DNA of 64,000 bases from Eledone cirrhosa (GCA_964016885.1 OZ024741.1:149482001-149546000), one strand, 5' to 3'. Counted from the stretch's first letter, positions 1 to 12,830 are shown. Made by a program: numbers and translations. Notes: generated by a model from the sequence alone, not told the origin.

Positions 1-410
1 GGAAAGAGGGAAAGTTGATTAAATCAACTCAGTGTGTTACTGGTACTTTACTTTATTGACCATATAAGTATAAAAGGCAAAGCCAACCTCAGTGGGATTT
101 GAACCCAGAATGTAAATGGCCATAACTATAGGCTACAACGCATGTTGTCTGGTGCTCCACTGATACTGCCAATCCACCATCCTATAGATACAAATAATGG
201 TTTCTGATTTAGGCACAAGGATATCAATTAGGGGGGGGGGGGGGATTAAATCGACCCCGGTGCATTACTGGTATTTTATTTATCGACCCGTAAGGATGAA
301 AAGCAAAGCTAACGTTGGCGGGATTTGAATTCAGAAGGTAAAGGGTCGTAACTATATGCAGCAAAGCATGTAATCCGACACTTTACCGATACTGCCAATC
401 CACCACTCTT
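1..410 (-). mobile_element. Two tandem tRNA-derived SINEs (Nin/Deu-like core)
   Basis: Reverse complement has a GTTCAAATCC B-box and the GCCTTTCATCCTTACGGGTCGATAAA..GTACCAG-type core. Confidence 0.8.
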
Positions 411-1679
411 ATAGATACATTAATAATAATAACAATAATTATAATTTCAACCTTTGACACAAAGCCACAAATTTTGGAAGAGAGGTACAACTGATTATAT
501 CAATACCACTACTTGACAGGTGTTTTGTTTTATCAACACCAGACAAATGAAAGGCAAAGTTTGAATACAGAATCTAAAGACATGTGACTAAATACTGTAA
601 ATCATTTCTTCCATTGCTTTAACCATTCTGTCATACTTGTCCTTAATTTAGAAATTAATAGTAAACTATTTAAATTTTCTTCCTTTTATTATTTCTGAAA
701 AGGTAAAGGGATTGATGAAATAATAGATCATGCTAGAAAACAGCAACCCTTAATTCTTAATCTCCTGTACCACATGAAACCACATTAGTAAGACTTTCTT
801 GTAAATTATAAAACAGTACTATGACTGCATCACATTAAAAATTAAAGTCTTTACTCTTATGCTATAAATTTTCACAATGATAATATATACATTTATAAAT
901 AGAGATACTATAAACATTTGAATTAACAAACCAGTTTTTAGACATTTTCTGCTCAATCTTTACAGGATGTTAAGTTAATATAGTTGTTTAGCCCTAGGTA
1001 AACCCTGGTCAAACAGACCTATAATAAATGGCATTCAAAACAAGACTGTCCCTTTTTTTCAGACACAATATATCTAAAACAGCAGATTGGCAGAATTGTT
1101 AGAACATCAGATCAAATGCATTGCAGTATTTGTTCCGACTCTGAACTCTCTGAGTTCAAATCCTGCTGAGGTCAACTTTGCCTTTTGTCCTTTTGAGGTC
1201 AATAAAAAAAAATTACCTGTCCAATACTGGGACAATTCTTCTTCTATATCTCTTTCTCACTTCCTTTCTCTCACTCTATAGCCTTACCATGTTGGTTGGT
1301 TGGTTGGTATATATAGTTTCCTTACTAGTGGACAGATTATTATGAAAATTTGCTATTTTGTACTTTTCAAGAATGTCTTGCAAATGTGATTTCATGTGGC
1401 ACAAAATGTTAAGAGTCAAGTGGGTGTTTATAACATAACTTAACAAAAGGTTATCACAAAAAATTAAGAATGGAAGGTTTTGATTTTAATAGAGGGGGTT
1501 TTATATCATAGAGACCAAAGGTGCTCACAGGAATGTGTAGTTAAAGAGTTTACTTAGCTAGCAACTACATGGTTTGGGGTTTACTCCTATTGTGTGCAAT
1601 TGTCTTCTACTATAGCCTTAGGTTGACTAATGTGAAATTTGGTAGATGAAAACTGAGCGGAAGCCCATTGTATATATAT

Positions 1680-2830
1680 ATCATCATCACCATCATCATT
1701 TTTACATCCGTTTTTCCATGCTTGCATGAGTTGGACAGGTCCTTTTCAGAACAACATCTCTCCACTTGCTGCATTTCTTCAGCACAACATCTCTCCACTT
1801 GCTGCATTTCTTCATCACCTCCTCTATGAGGCTCAGTGATTTGAGGTCAGCTCACACCACCTCTTCCCAGGTCTTTCTCGGTCCACCTCAACTCTAGCTT
1901 CCGTCCACTGGTATTTCCTGGCATTTTTTCACCCATTGATCATCATTCATGTATATCACATGCCCATACCAATGCAGTCATTTCTTCTGCACACCACCTC
2001 AGACTCCTCTTAAACCCAGCTTCTCCCTCAGTTCATTCAAGCTCTGCCTTACACATTGCACATCCAACGAAGCATGGCTGCTTCATTTCTCTCCAGTCTA
2101 TGCATGTCTTCTGCAGTCTCTGCCCATGTTTCACTACAATGCAAGATTGCACTTTGCACACAGGCATCATACTGTCGTCCTTTTGTATGTAGAAACAAAC
2201 CTTTTGTTGTCAACAGTGGGAGTAGCTCTGTAAGCTTCTTCTATCCAATCCTTATTCTAGCTATTATGCTCTCGGAGCACCCTCCTCCACCTAGATAGCA
2301 GAAGCTATCAACCACTTCTATGGATCCTTCCGATGACTTGATTACTCCTGTGCATCTTCTACATATAAAGTCTTCTTTCCTGTTAGTTTACCCATTATTC
2401 CACTACATCTCTTGTGTACCCAAGGTTTACATTGTGTACACTGTATAGAGTTTATGCCTACTCTTTTTCTACATATGGAGCAGGGCCACTTCCCTGAAGG
2501 GACCAGGGCCTTATCTTCTTTCCTACTAACTAGCACTTTAATTTTGGTTAAGTTTACTCTCAAACCTTTTGATTCTAAATTTCATTCCCATAGTTAGAAC
2601 TTATTTTCTAATTCTTTTATGGATTTGGTTATAAGGACCAAATCATCTGCATAAAGCAGTTCCCATGAACGGCCAGTCTCTGTTATGGCCTGGATAACTA
2701 TAATGAACAGCTATGGGCTAAGAACTGAACCCTGATAAACTCCTACCTGTACCTTGAATTCCTCACTAAACTCATTTTCTACTCTCACTTTACCAACAGC
2801 TCCTCTGTACATGGCTTGCACTTCTCTCAT
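1680..2830 (-). mobile_element. Degenerate 5'-truncated RTE LINE
   Basis: WELLYADD and WPCSICRK...WVHKRC remnants; (GAT)n tail near 1680. Confidence 0.85.
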
Positions 2831-3398
2831 TCTTCTACACCTAATTGCCTTAAGAACTACCATATATATATATATTGGTTCTGAACAAACAAGACATGGT
2901 CATCTGACCTGGCATTGCTCACAACAGGATAACTCGTCTAACCCATGCCACCGTGGAAAAACAGACATTAAACAGAGATGATGATGATGATAATATATAT
3001 ATATATACATATATATATAGCTAATGCTTACAGTGTATGTAACTGACATGACTTCTGTCTACTAATAACTGAAACCAGTGAAAAAGTTTTTTTAAAGGCA
3101 GTGGATTTTAGAGTGGATTTTAAAGGGGGATTTTAGAGTGAGTTTCTAGTGTTTTTTGGCACATTACCAGTATTTATGACTAAATTTTAAAAAATGCCAT
3201 AAATAGTGGAGCAAGAGTATTGTCAATCGAATTGTTCCCTCAGTTTATTACAGGTAGGGTTAGCTGACTCACATAGAATTTGAACTAAAATAATGGAAAG
3301 GCATTTAGTCACGTTTTTTCCACTATAGTAAAAGAACAAAAGAAAAGTGGTGTGAAGTGGGGTGCTATCAAAATATTAAAAGTAAATAAAATACGAAC

Positions 3399-3568
3399 AT
3401 ATATCTCCATACAAGTGATACTCTTTCTTTTGAGGATTGAAGAACAGAAAAACACCATGAGCTGATGATGTGCTACATCCTCCTTCACTGATGCGGGAGG
3501 CTACAAACACCTCCTTGCTACCATTCACATCTGCAATACGGGCTCTTACCTCCACATAAGTGTCAATC
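3399..3568 (-). CDS. GALC: GALC exon, about 170 bp, IDTYVEVRAR...VFVASRISEGGC...HGVFLFF...YHLYGDI
   Basis: tggcag acceptor; resembles human VFIAGRVNKGG..GIFFWI..YRVTGDL. The gttcgt donor was chosen by phase and is less certain. Confidence 0.85.
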
Positions 3569-3733
3569 CTGCCAACAAATAGAAAAAAAGATAGAGAACA
3601 ACTTTTTTTTTTAACTCAGAAAGGGCTACAAATTAATAATGGTTTCTGATTTAGGCACAAGGCCAACAATTTTGGGGGAGGAGAAAGTTGATTAAATCAA
3701 CCCCAGCGCATTACTGGTGTTTTATTTTATCAC

Positions 3734-6700
3734 TTTTTCATTGAGGACCTGCTGTCAGGTAGAGCTTTTCTGGTTGACACAGGTGCAGCTTGTTCCGTAT
3801 GGCCTGTGTGTTGTATGAAGGAGACCCCCTGAGACGCCTATTGAGTTGCAGGCAGTAAATTGTTCGCCGATTCGAACTTTCGGACAAATCTCGTTACCTT
3901 TGCAGTTTCGTAATCTGCGGCGCGAGTTTAAATGGATATTTACTGTCGCTGCCTTGCCGTATCCGATTCTAGGCGCGGATTTTCTCCACCATTTTTCATT
4001 GACGGTGGACCTTCGTGGTAAACGCCTAATTAATGGCATCACGGGATTAACTGTTGTTGGCAAGGCAGCAGGAGTTCCAACGGTTAGCCCGATATTTTTT
4101 CTTGCTAACACCGGTGATCCTTTCCATGCGTTGTTGAACTCGTTCCCGCAACTGACACAGGGGAATTTTCGATTTGATGAACCTACTCATACCACGGAGC
4201 ACTTCATATCTACAACTGGTGCTCCCGTTTTCTCTCGCCCTCGTTGCTTGCCTCCGGACAAACTCAAAGCAGCACGATCAGAATTTGATCATATGCTGCA
4301 AATGGGGATTATTCGTCCGTCCACGAGCCCGTGGGCGTCCCCATTGCACATGGTACCGAAAGCGAATGGCGATTGGAGACCTACTGGAGATTATCGACGC
4401 CTGAATTCGATAACGGTACCGGACCGTTATCCTATCCTTCATCTGCAAGACTTTGCGTCTTCGTTGCAGGGATGCAAGATATTCTCCAAACTGGATTTAA
4501 TTCGTGCGTACCATCAAATTCCTGTCCATAAAAATGACATTCCAAAAACGGCTATAGTTACGCCATTTGGGTCTTTCGAGTTTTTGACTATGCCGTTCGG
4601 ATTAAGGAATGCCGCTAGTACTTTTCAGCGGTTTATGGATGAGGTTACTCGCGGCCTCGATTTCGTCTATACCTATATTGACGACCTGCTCATTGCTAGT
4701 TCTTCTCCTGAGCAGCATACGCACCATTTGAATCTTCTTTTCTGCCGATTGAAGGCGTATAACGTGCAGCTTAATGCACCCAAATGTGTTTTTGGCGCTG
4801 AGTCACTGACTTTCTTGGGTCACGTCATCGATGCTGACGGAATTCGACCCCGGCCTGAGCGAGTTAAGGTCATAGAGGATTTGCCTCCACCAACCTCACT
4901 ACGTCAGTTACGCCAGTTCTTAGGTCTGGTTAACTTTTATAGGCGTTTCGTGCCAAATTGTGCCAAGTTGCTTTTCTCCCTGACAGAAATTTTGAAAAAT
5001 TGTCGGAGGAAGAACAAAGATATTTCTTTGACAGACACTCAACTTGCTGATTTTCAGCACGCCAAAACTGTTTTGGCTAATGCTTCGTTACTGACTCACC
5101 CGGTACCCGGTGCAAGGCTAACGCTTTGTGTTGATGCATCGGATATCGCTGTGGGCGCAGTACTACAGCAAAACATCAATGGTTACCAGCAACCGCTGGA
5201 GTTTTTTTCCAAAAAGCTAAATCCTGCTGAGACGCGCTACAGCACCTTTGGAAGAGAGCTTTTAGCCATCTATTTGGCCGTGAAACATTTTTCACATGTG
5301 CTAGAGGGTAGACAGTTTACTATCCTCACTGACCATAAACCATTGACTTTTGCTTTGAGAGCGAAGGCTGATAAATACTCGCCCAGAGAGACGAGACACC
5401 TTGATTTCATCTCGCAATATACGAGTGATATCCAGCACATTCCGGGTTCACTAAATACAGCGGCCGATGCTTTGTCCCGCTTGCCCGTGACAGCGATCTC
5501 GTCATCCTCTGACATAGATCTGACTCGTTTGGCTGCGGATCAGCCTCCCCTTGAGTCATTGGATGTCACATCGCCCGAGTTTGTGAATTGCGAGATGAAA
5601 TACTTGCCTCTGTCGACTGCAGTTGGCCAAATTCTCTGCGACGTCTCTTTGGACGTGCCTAGGCCCTTCGTTCCAGAGAATCATCGTCGGACCGTGTTTC
5701 TGGGATTACATTGTATCTCGCATCCAGGATCTTCTGCCACAGCAAAGCTCATATCAGCTAGATTTTTCTGGCCAAATATGAGGCGTGAAATTGCTGCTTG
5801 GTGCCGTTCCTGCGTCGCTTGCCAGAGATCAAAGGTCCATCGACACGTCAAGGCTCCCCTGGGTACCTTTGCTAACCCAGATGCGCGTTTTTCGCATATT
5901 CATATTGACATAGTGGGACCTTGACCTGTCAGCGATGGTTTTTCTTATCTACTTACCGTCATTGACCGTTTTTCGAGATGGCCTGAGGCCATCCCCTTGA
6001 AAAACATCACCGCGGAGACAACAGCACGTGCTCTTGTGTCTGGATGGATCTCTCGTTATGGAGTTCCATCCACAATAACTACCGACCGTGGACGACAGTT
6101 CGAGTCGAGCCTTTTCCTCGAGCTGTCAAAAATAATTGGTGCTAAACGCATTCGAACTATGGCATACCATCCCGCTTCGAATGGTATGGTGGAGCGTTTT
6201 CACCGCCAACTGAAGGCCTCCTTAATGGCCTCAATGGACTCGGCGCATTGGAGCGAGTACCTCCCTATTGTGCTACTAGGGATTCGGTCAACGGTGAAGG
6301 TCGACTTTGGATTTTCACCGGCCGAAGTACTGTACGGTGCCCCTCTGACGTTGCCCGGGCAAATGCTTGCCCCTATCGATCTTGATGCCCAAGATCACGC
6401 TTCCTACGTGTCCCGTTTGCGCTCCTATTTCCAGGATTTGCCGCCAATGGACACTAGGAAACAAACTGTCAAGACTGCTGTCCCGAGGGATATTGCCTCG
6501 TGGACGCATGTCTTTGTAAGGAATGATGCGGTGAAGCCCCCGCTCACACAGCCTTACACTGGACCTTACCGTGTCTTAGCGCGCTCGGCTAAGCATTTCA
6601 CGTTAGATATTAAGGGGTCCAGGGTGACAGTTACATTAGACAGGCTTAAGCAGGCGCACCTTGATACGGACGCTGTGGTCCCTGATCCACGAACCCCTTC

Positions 6701-6848
6701 GTATTTGCCTGTTGAGCGAACGACTGTTCCTGAACCACCATCATCGCCTGTCCCTACACCACCACCATCGCCACGTTACAAGACCACGACCCGTTCAGGT
6801 CGTAGGGTCCACTGGCCCAAAAAACTTTGCAGCACCGTCTATATTTAG
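3734..6848 (+). pseudogene. pol: Gypsy pol (PR-RT-RNase H-IN) with one frameshift and one stop
   Basis: FLVDTGA protease in another frame until the C-run near 3826-3830; RT YIDD; RNase H VDAS; HHCC zinc finger; TGA at 5922-5924; integrase core and GPY/F motif (YTGPYRV) continue in the same frame. Confidence 0.95.
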
Positions 6849-7076
6849 ACTATGTTAGCTGCACCTTTTTTTTTTGCCTCTGTGTTTCTGCTTTTCCTTT
6901 GCCTTGTTTTTTTTATGCATGCATGTCGTTTTTTTTTTAACATTTTTCAAATCCTTATTCTGGATTCAATTTTTGCTAGAGCGGATAGCTCCCCCTTGTT
7001 GCATTGTTCGCCATCTTACTCCACATGTGAGTAATGACATCGATTTTCAATAATTTGAAAATCTGGCTCGAGGTAC

Positions 7077-7300
7077 TGTAGTAAGACGCCTCACGCTCCT
7101 TGATAGAACAACGCCGGTTGAGAACGCCAGAAAGAAAAGACAGACAGCCACTGGAAAGCCGACGGATCACACGCCAGATACCAGCCTCTGTACAACACCA
7201 TTGTTTGTGCTACAACAAAAAATAAACGTATATTTCATCTCTAATTTCTGCTGTTATTATGTCACTTGCATCTCGATAACATCTACAACTAATACTGCTA
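7077..7300 (+). repeat. Gypsy 3' LTR (224 bp)
   Basis: Starts TGTAG, contains AATAAA, follows pol; inverted copy at 8403-8626 with one mismatch. Confidence 0.92.
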
Positions 7301-7530
7301 GACTTACAATTCCTCCTCAAAATCTCGCCCTTCAAAAACTCATACGTCAAGTCAGAGGGGGGGTCTGTAATTAGGTCTTGGACCGAATCTGCTAGATTAG
7401 GGGGAAGGCCGCTAATCAGTACAGCGAGGCGCTGGTCAGATTCGGTCTTACAGACCGTAAAATACGCCTGTAACTGGGCAAACCACATCTTAGGTTTTCC
7501 AGTAAAGGCGGGCAAATGTGGTACATTCAT
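7301..7530 (-). pseudogene. gag: Truncated Gypsy gag N-terminus
   Basis: MNVPHLPAFTGKPKMWFAQLQAYF...LPPNLADSVQDLITDPP..YEFLKGEILRR fits the LPxF..P..WFxQ.EA.F gag start; broken at the LTR junction. Confidence 0.85.
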
Positions 7531-8383
7531 GTCAACTTTTAAAATTAAAACAAATATATATACCTTGTACAGTGAAAAGAGAACAGCCAATATTGAGAAA
7601 AAGTTAAAGGGCAAAAAGAAACAGACATTCAAAACATAAGGAAATATGCAAAATACATAAAATACAGATATATATCTTTAAAAAAAAATTTTTCCTTCAA
7701 CGTCTGTCCCCTCGCGTTGCCTCAACGAACCAGCCAAATCAAATAAGGTAAAAAAAAAAGGAAGAAAAAAAAAAATGTTTGTTTTTTTTTTCAAAATATA
7801 TCCGCGTTGGATATCAACAAAGGTAGCCAGTGGCTAAAAATCCCTTAGAAAAAGGTAAGGCATGTATATCCCCATGCGGGGCAGTTATGTTCACACAAAA
7901 AAAGTTTAGTCTCTTCTCTCTTGATCAGTCATGGAACACACACGCAATTCAAAAAAATGTGTCCGTTACAAAACTGGGAAGGAACGCAACGCCACCTTGG
8001 AAAAATACACTTTTTTCTTTTTTCTCCTGTAAGTTGCGAAAAAGTTGGCAACGGAAATTGAATATTGAAGTGAATAAAAAAAAGTCGCTCTAAATTATCG
8101 ACACGAATGAATCGTTTTGATAGCTCCGATGTGTGGTGGTATGCGTCGGTAAGGCTATGAAGCTGCCACTCACTATTCCCTGTTTTGGTCAGTGGTTAAA
8201 CAATGTTGTCGCTGATGCTGCTGTCGTTGTTGTTCTCGAGTGTAGCAAAAAGTTTCTTGAAATACTACTAATTTTTCGATAATTTTAAAAGGATTATTTT
8301 TTATTTTCGCAAGATGCGAAAAAAAGGGCCGACAATGTGGCAATAAAAGGTCAATTGATGAAAAAGAAGGGCTGCGTTAAATT

Positions 8384-8399
8384 CTTACGTCGGTCACCA
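8384..8399 (-). promoter_or_regulatory. Primer-binding site, tRNA-Trp-like
   Basis: TGGTGACCGACGTAAG, 3 nt after the LTR match; resembles the Trp PBS TGGTGACCCCGACGTGAT lacking two C. Confidence 0.65.
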
Positions 8400-8402
8400 C
8401 TT

Positions 8403-8626
8403 TAGCAGTATTAGTTGTAGATGTTATCGAGATGCAAGTGACATAATAACAGCAGAAATTAGAGATGAAATATACGTTTATTTTTTGTTGTAGCACAAAC
8501 AATGGTGTTGTACAGAGGCTGGTATCTGGCGTGTGATCCATCGGCTTTCCAGTGGCTGTCTGTCTTTTCTTTCTGGCGTTCTCAACCGGCGTTGTTCTAT
8601 CAAGGAGCGTGAGGCGTCTTACTACA
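8403..8626 (-). repeat. Gypsy 5' LTR (224 bp)
   Basis: TGTAG end at 8626 abuts the target duplication; followed on the minus strand by a PBS. Confidence 0.92.
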
Positions 8627-8829
8627 AAATCAACCCCAGCGCATTACTGGTGTTTTATTTTATCAACCCTTGCAAGGATGAAAAGCAAAGCTAACTTCAG
8701 CAGGCTTTAAACTCAGAACATAATGTAACTATATGCTGCAAAACGTATTGTCTGATGATCTACCAATCCACAATAATAATAATAATGGTTTCTGATATAG
8801 GCACAAAGCCAGCAATTTGAAGGGGAGTC

Positions 8830-9405
8830 AGGACATAACAAGGATAGTCCATTGGGCACTTTGTGGAAAATATGCACTTGACAGAGGAGAAAAGTGGTAC
8901 AAACATGTACCCTGAGGGCGTTATAAAAAATTATGATGCTAAGATCCCGTGGGACTTTATGATACAGTATGACCATGAGATTGAGTACAGGAGACCAGAT
9001 ATTGTACTAATTGAGAAAGAAAGCAAACAGTGTTGGATCATAGATATAGCCTGTCCAGCTGATAACAAGGTATGTAACAAAGAAGGAAAAAAAATTGATA
9101 GGTATGACAAGTTAGCTTTGGAGGTTGGGCAGTTGTGGTCACTGGAAAAGGTGGTGGCAATACCAATAATAGTTGGACTCTTTGGAAGAGTGAGTAAAGA
9201 TCTTCAGAAGTGCATTAAACAAAAAGGGACGCAATACAGATGGAACACTTACAAAAAACAGCATTGCTTGGAACAGCTCAAATACTCCGGAGGGTACTCG
9301 AAAAATAAGGAGTGTTACCTCAGTTCACTGGTAGTGAACTGAGGTAACACTGTAATACATCTCCAGCATTAGAAGCTGAGCGAAGAAACAATAACCATAA
9401 TATAA
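8830..9405 (+). mobile_element. 3' fragment of an RLE-type non-LTR element (R4/Dong-like)
   Basis: WDFMIQYDHEIEYRRPDIVLIEK..WIIDIACP..K..RY matches a PD-(D/E)xK restriction-like endonuclease. Confidence 0.78.
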
Positions 9406-9640
9406 TAAAGGGATTGCATATTACACATGTTAGCAGAAAACCACCCTTCGGGGTGAAAGGCCCCATAAGGATGAAAGGCAAAGCTAATCTCAGTGTGATT
9501 TGAACCTAGAACGCAAAGGGCCATAACTCAATGCAACAAAGCTTGTTGTCCAATGATCTACCGAATACTGGTACTTTATTCTACTGACCCCCGTAAGGAA
9601 AATAATAATAATGGTATGATTGAGTGAAGAATGACCTTAC

Positions 9641-9821
9641 CAAGCAGAACTGTTACCAATCACAGTTATAGAAGTATTAGTATAATCAGCCATACACCAA
9701 GCTACGGGCATGTCCATTACCATTTGTCTCATGACTTTGTTATATGGCTCTCCCACTTGAACTACTTCAAAGGAACCAGTTTGTTGAGCAAAGTTGAATG
9801 GTTCAGCATAAAGAGGGTACT
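9641..9821 (-). CDS. GALC: GALC exon, 181 bp, (E)YPLYAEPFNFAQQTGSFE...ITVIGNSSAW
   Basis: ttacag / gtaagg; NFAxQTGxFE motif at the start of the lectin domain. Confidence 0.94.
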
Positions 9822-10274
9822 CTGTAAAGGAAAAAACACATGTAGGAGGATCAGCAAATAATAATAATAACGGTTTCTGATTTAACCCTTTAGCATTTAA
9901 ACCAGCCATATCCGGCCAGAATTCCAGTCGCTCATACCAATGTTAAGGTATTATTCTCAAAATAAATAACATCAAAATCTCATAGATTCAATATTATGTG
10001 AGATAATTATGTGAGGTAAAGCCTTTACCATGAAAATACAATAGTAAATATAGAGTAATGTAAATGTTAAAGGGTTAAACATGAGGACAACAATTTGGGA
10101 GGAGGGGAAAGTTGATTAAATCGACCCCAGTGTGTTACTGGTGCTTTATTTTATCAACCCTGTAAGGATGAAAGGCAAAGCTAACCTTGGCAGGATTTGA
10201 ACTCAGAATGTAAAGGGATGTAACTATATGCTGCCAAGCATGTTGCCCAATGCTCTACTGATACTGCCAGTCAG

Positions 10275-10440
10275 CAATCCCACCACACCAGTCCCACAGA
10301 GCGATCCCACCACACCAGTCCCACAGAGCGATCCCACCATACCAGTCTCACCACAGCAATCCCACCACACCAGTCTCACCACAACAGTCTCACCACAACA
10401 GTCTCACTACACCAGTCCCACCACAACAGTCTCACCACTG
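10275..10440 (+). repeat. Minisatellite, about 27-bp unit CCACCACACCAGTCCCACAGAGCGATC, decaying
   Basis: Directly visible tandem copies. Confidence 0.85.
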
Positions 10441-10554
10441 CATGCATGCATATGTGTATGTGTGTGCATGCATGTGTATGTGTGTGCATGCATATGTATG
10501 TGAATGTCTGTATGTGTATGTGTGTATTAGTGCAGAAATGTAGCAAACACTCAC

Positions 10555-10696
10555 CTTCAAAGTCTTCTGCATATATAGTAGGAAATGGAGCTGAAGGAGG
10601 AACATCGTCATAAGGTTTGGGTTGTTCATGGTTAAGAGTGGTCAATGTTACCACTTGGTCAACTCCTAGTGTTAAGTTCAACTGATTGTTGACAAC
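10555..10696 (-). CDS. GALC: GALC exon, 142 bp, VVNNQLNLTLGVDQVVTLTTL...PPSAPFPTIYAEDFE
   Basis: ttgcag / gtgagt; TLTTL and PFP.Y..DF motifs. Confidence 0.93.
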
Positions 10697-10959
10697 CTGC
10701 AAACCAAACATTTTAAGTCTTATATTTCGGTGGTGGCGGTGGCAGTAAAATTAGAACAAATTGAGAAATATTGAAAACCCAGAATAATCAATAAGTGAGA
10801 AGACAAAAGAGAAATAGGAAGAATATTTTAGCAATGGGTAAACCTATCTTGATATATGGCTGTGAAACTTGGACACCCACACAGAGGCTTGAAAATCATC
10901 TACACGGAATGTACTTCCACATGTTATAGATAGTTTTTAACCACTTTATGATGGCTTGC

Positions 10960-11950
10960 CAAAATTAACTGAAACGATACCTCAGCAATGATTACGATTG
11001 GCAGCTCATTGTGTGAGATATCCTTGAGATAAAAAGGACAACCTGAAAAATATAGATCTTTCCTGCAATCAGACCTGGACTCAATGCAAAAATGGATAAT
11101 GGACTGGTAACTCAAGCTGGCTGTGGACAAGTGTACCACCATGCATTTTGGGAGGAAAAACCCAGCGTCCACATTCTCCCTCCACAACACTAATATCAAG
11201 AAGTCTTCTTATGAACGTGACCTGGGCATTACTGTCAGCAGCAATTTGCATTGGGCAAAGCACGTCTCTAAAATTGTCAAGAAGGCCGAGGGTGTCTTAG
11301 CATCACTCAGCAAGACCTTTGTCAGCCGCTCTCCAGCTATCTATTTAAAGCTGTATATAGCTATGGTGCGGCCACACTTAGAATTTGCATCACCAGTCTG
11401 GAACCCCTATCTTGCTCAGAACATTGACCTCCTGGAAACTGATCAGAGACGTGCAACCAAGCGAATACCCTCCATCAGGCATCTACCATACTCTGAACGC
11501 ATTGCTTCTCTGGGTATGGATACATTGGAGCTCCAACGTCTGGCAACTGACTTGGTAAACACCCACAAAATTATTAACCATCTTGCCAACAACAACTCTA
11601 AGCACCTTTTTGATTTCCATGTGTCTAACACACGTGGGCATGCCTACAAATTCGGAAAACAGCACAGCTCCCATGATTTTCGTAAACATTTTTTCTCGCT
11701 TAGAGTTACTGAAGCATGGAACAAATTACCTGCATCAGATGTTAGCTGCCAAGACACTGTATCCTTTAAAACCTCCACGCTTCCTGAAATTTGCCAACAC
11801 TACACCTGATACCACCCCCGCTCCATACACACATATGTATATCATTACTCATACACTGTTCACTTTCCTGACATCTGTACATTATTCTATGTACTATACA
11901 TGCACCTTTGCTGAGTTGTAGTGCACCTGAGCACCATACACAATAATTTC
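10960..11950 (+). mobile_element. CR1-clade LINE 3' fragment
   Basis: KCTTMHFGRKNP..ERDLGI..VRPHLEFASPVWNPY..TRGH..FFSLRVTEAWNKLP; stop at 11809, then a 3' UTR. Confidence 0.9.
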
Positions 11951-12297
11951 ATCAACTTTGCCTTTCATCCTTACGGGGTCGATAAAATAAAGTACCAGTA
12001 ATACACTGTAATAATTTCTGGCTTTGTGCCAAAAGTAGAAACAATTATTATTAAATAGCCTAAAATCTGGTGTTATGGCTGTCAACTTACGGACAGATTA
12101 ACTGTGGAAGAAAACCACTAACTTTACAAACATACTTCAAAAAGACACTGGACTGAAGACTGTATCAGAAATACAGATGGTAGAGGTAAACATCTAGCAT
12201 GAATTTGTTGGTCTGGTTTGATCAGAGGATCAGTGAGATGATATGAAATAAGATGAGATAACATAATAGGACAGCAATACCATCTTTTGGAACATAC

Positions 12298-12387
12298 CGT
12301 AACTGGTTTGAGTTGTTGGAATAATACAGATGGTTTCTCATTGAAGCTTAATTCACTGAACCACATGTAGAGCTGTTTAACAAAGCT
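12298..12387 (-). CDS. GALC: GALC exon, 90 bp, SFVKQLYMWFSELSFNEKPSVLFQQLKPVT
   Basis: Long T tract + acag acceptor / gtatgt; aligns with human LQVWYTKL..LFKQL. Confidence 0.88.
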
Positions 12388-12409
12388 CTGTAAAAAAAAG
12401 AAAAAAAAC

Positions 12410-12830
12410 AAGTGTAAGGCCAGCTATATGAAGCTTGTGTGCAAATTGCAATGTTGCGTGGCAGTCAAACATGAGTAATATATGCAAAGGATATGCAAAG
12501 GTTAGAGAGAGAGATTGAAGCAAGGATTCTGCAATGAATATGCAATGTAAACACGCATGAATGACAAAGCATGGATGAGCTGAGACAAAAATAAGAGGAA
12601 TCAGATATAATGTGCATGAGAGAAGAGAAGACTGTTGGTTTGGCCATGTGATGTGTATAGATGATGATTATTGGGTGAAGAAATGCCAAGAAATCTCAGT
12701 GAAATGAAACTGCAGTAGGAGAGCAAGAAAGACCTAGGCAGAGATTGTCAGAACTGATCCCAAATCGCTGAAGCTCTCAGGGGAGATGATGAAGGTCAAC
12801 AATAAGTGGCAGGTGACGTGCTGTAAAAGA
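12410..12830 (+). mobile_element. Degenerate RTE LINE 3' fragment
   Basis: LYEACVQIAMLRGSQT and RRLLVW remnants. Confidence 0.65.

Larger units (their letters stand above)
3733..8626. mobile_element. Rearranged Ty3/Gypsy LTR retrotransposon insertion
   Basis: pol(+) then LTR(+), joined to gag fragment(-), leader, PBS and LTR(-). Flanked by an identical 39-bp direct repeat at 3694-3732 and 8627-8665. Confidence 0.93.

Noticed and set aside
745-790. Possible next GALC exon (WYRRLRIK on the minus strand)
   Set aside because: No in-phase GT donor or clear acceptor, and similarity is weak. The last exons probably lie left of the window.
3826-3831. Programmed ribosomal frameshift in pol
   Set aside because: It falls inside the protease domain at a C-run, so a disabling indel or sequencing error is more likely.
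7210-7632. 140-aa ORF as an independent gene
   Set aside because: Chimera of leader, gag fragment and antisense LTR read through the junction.
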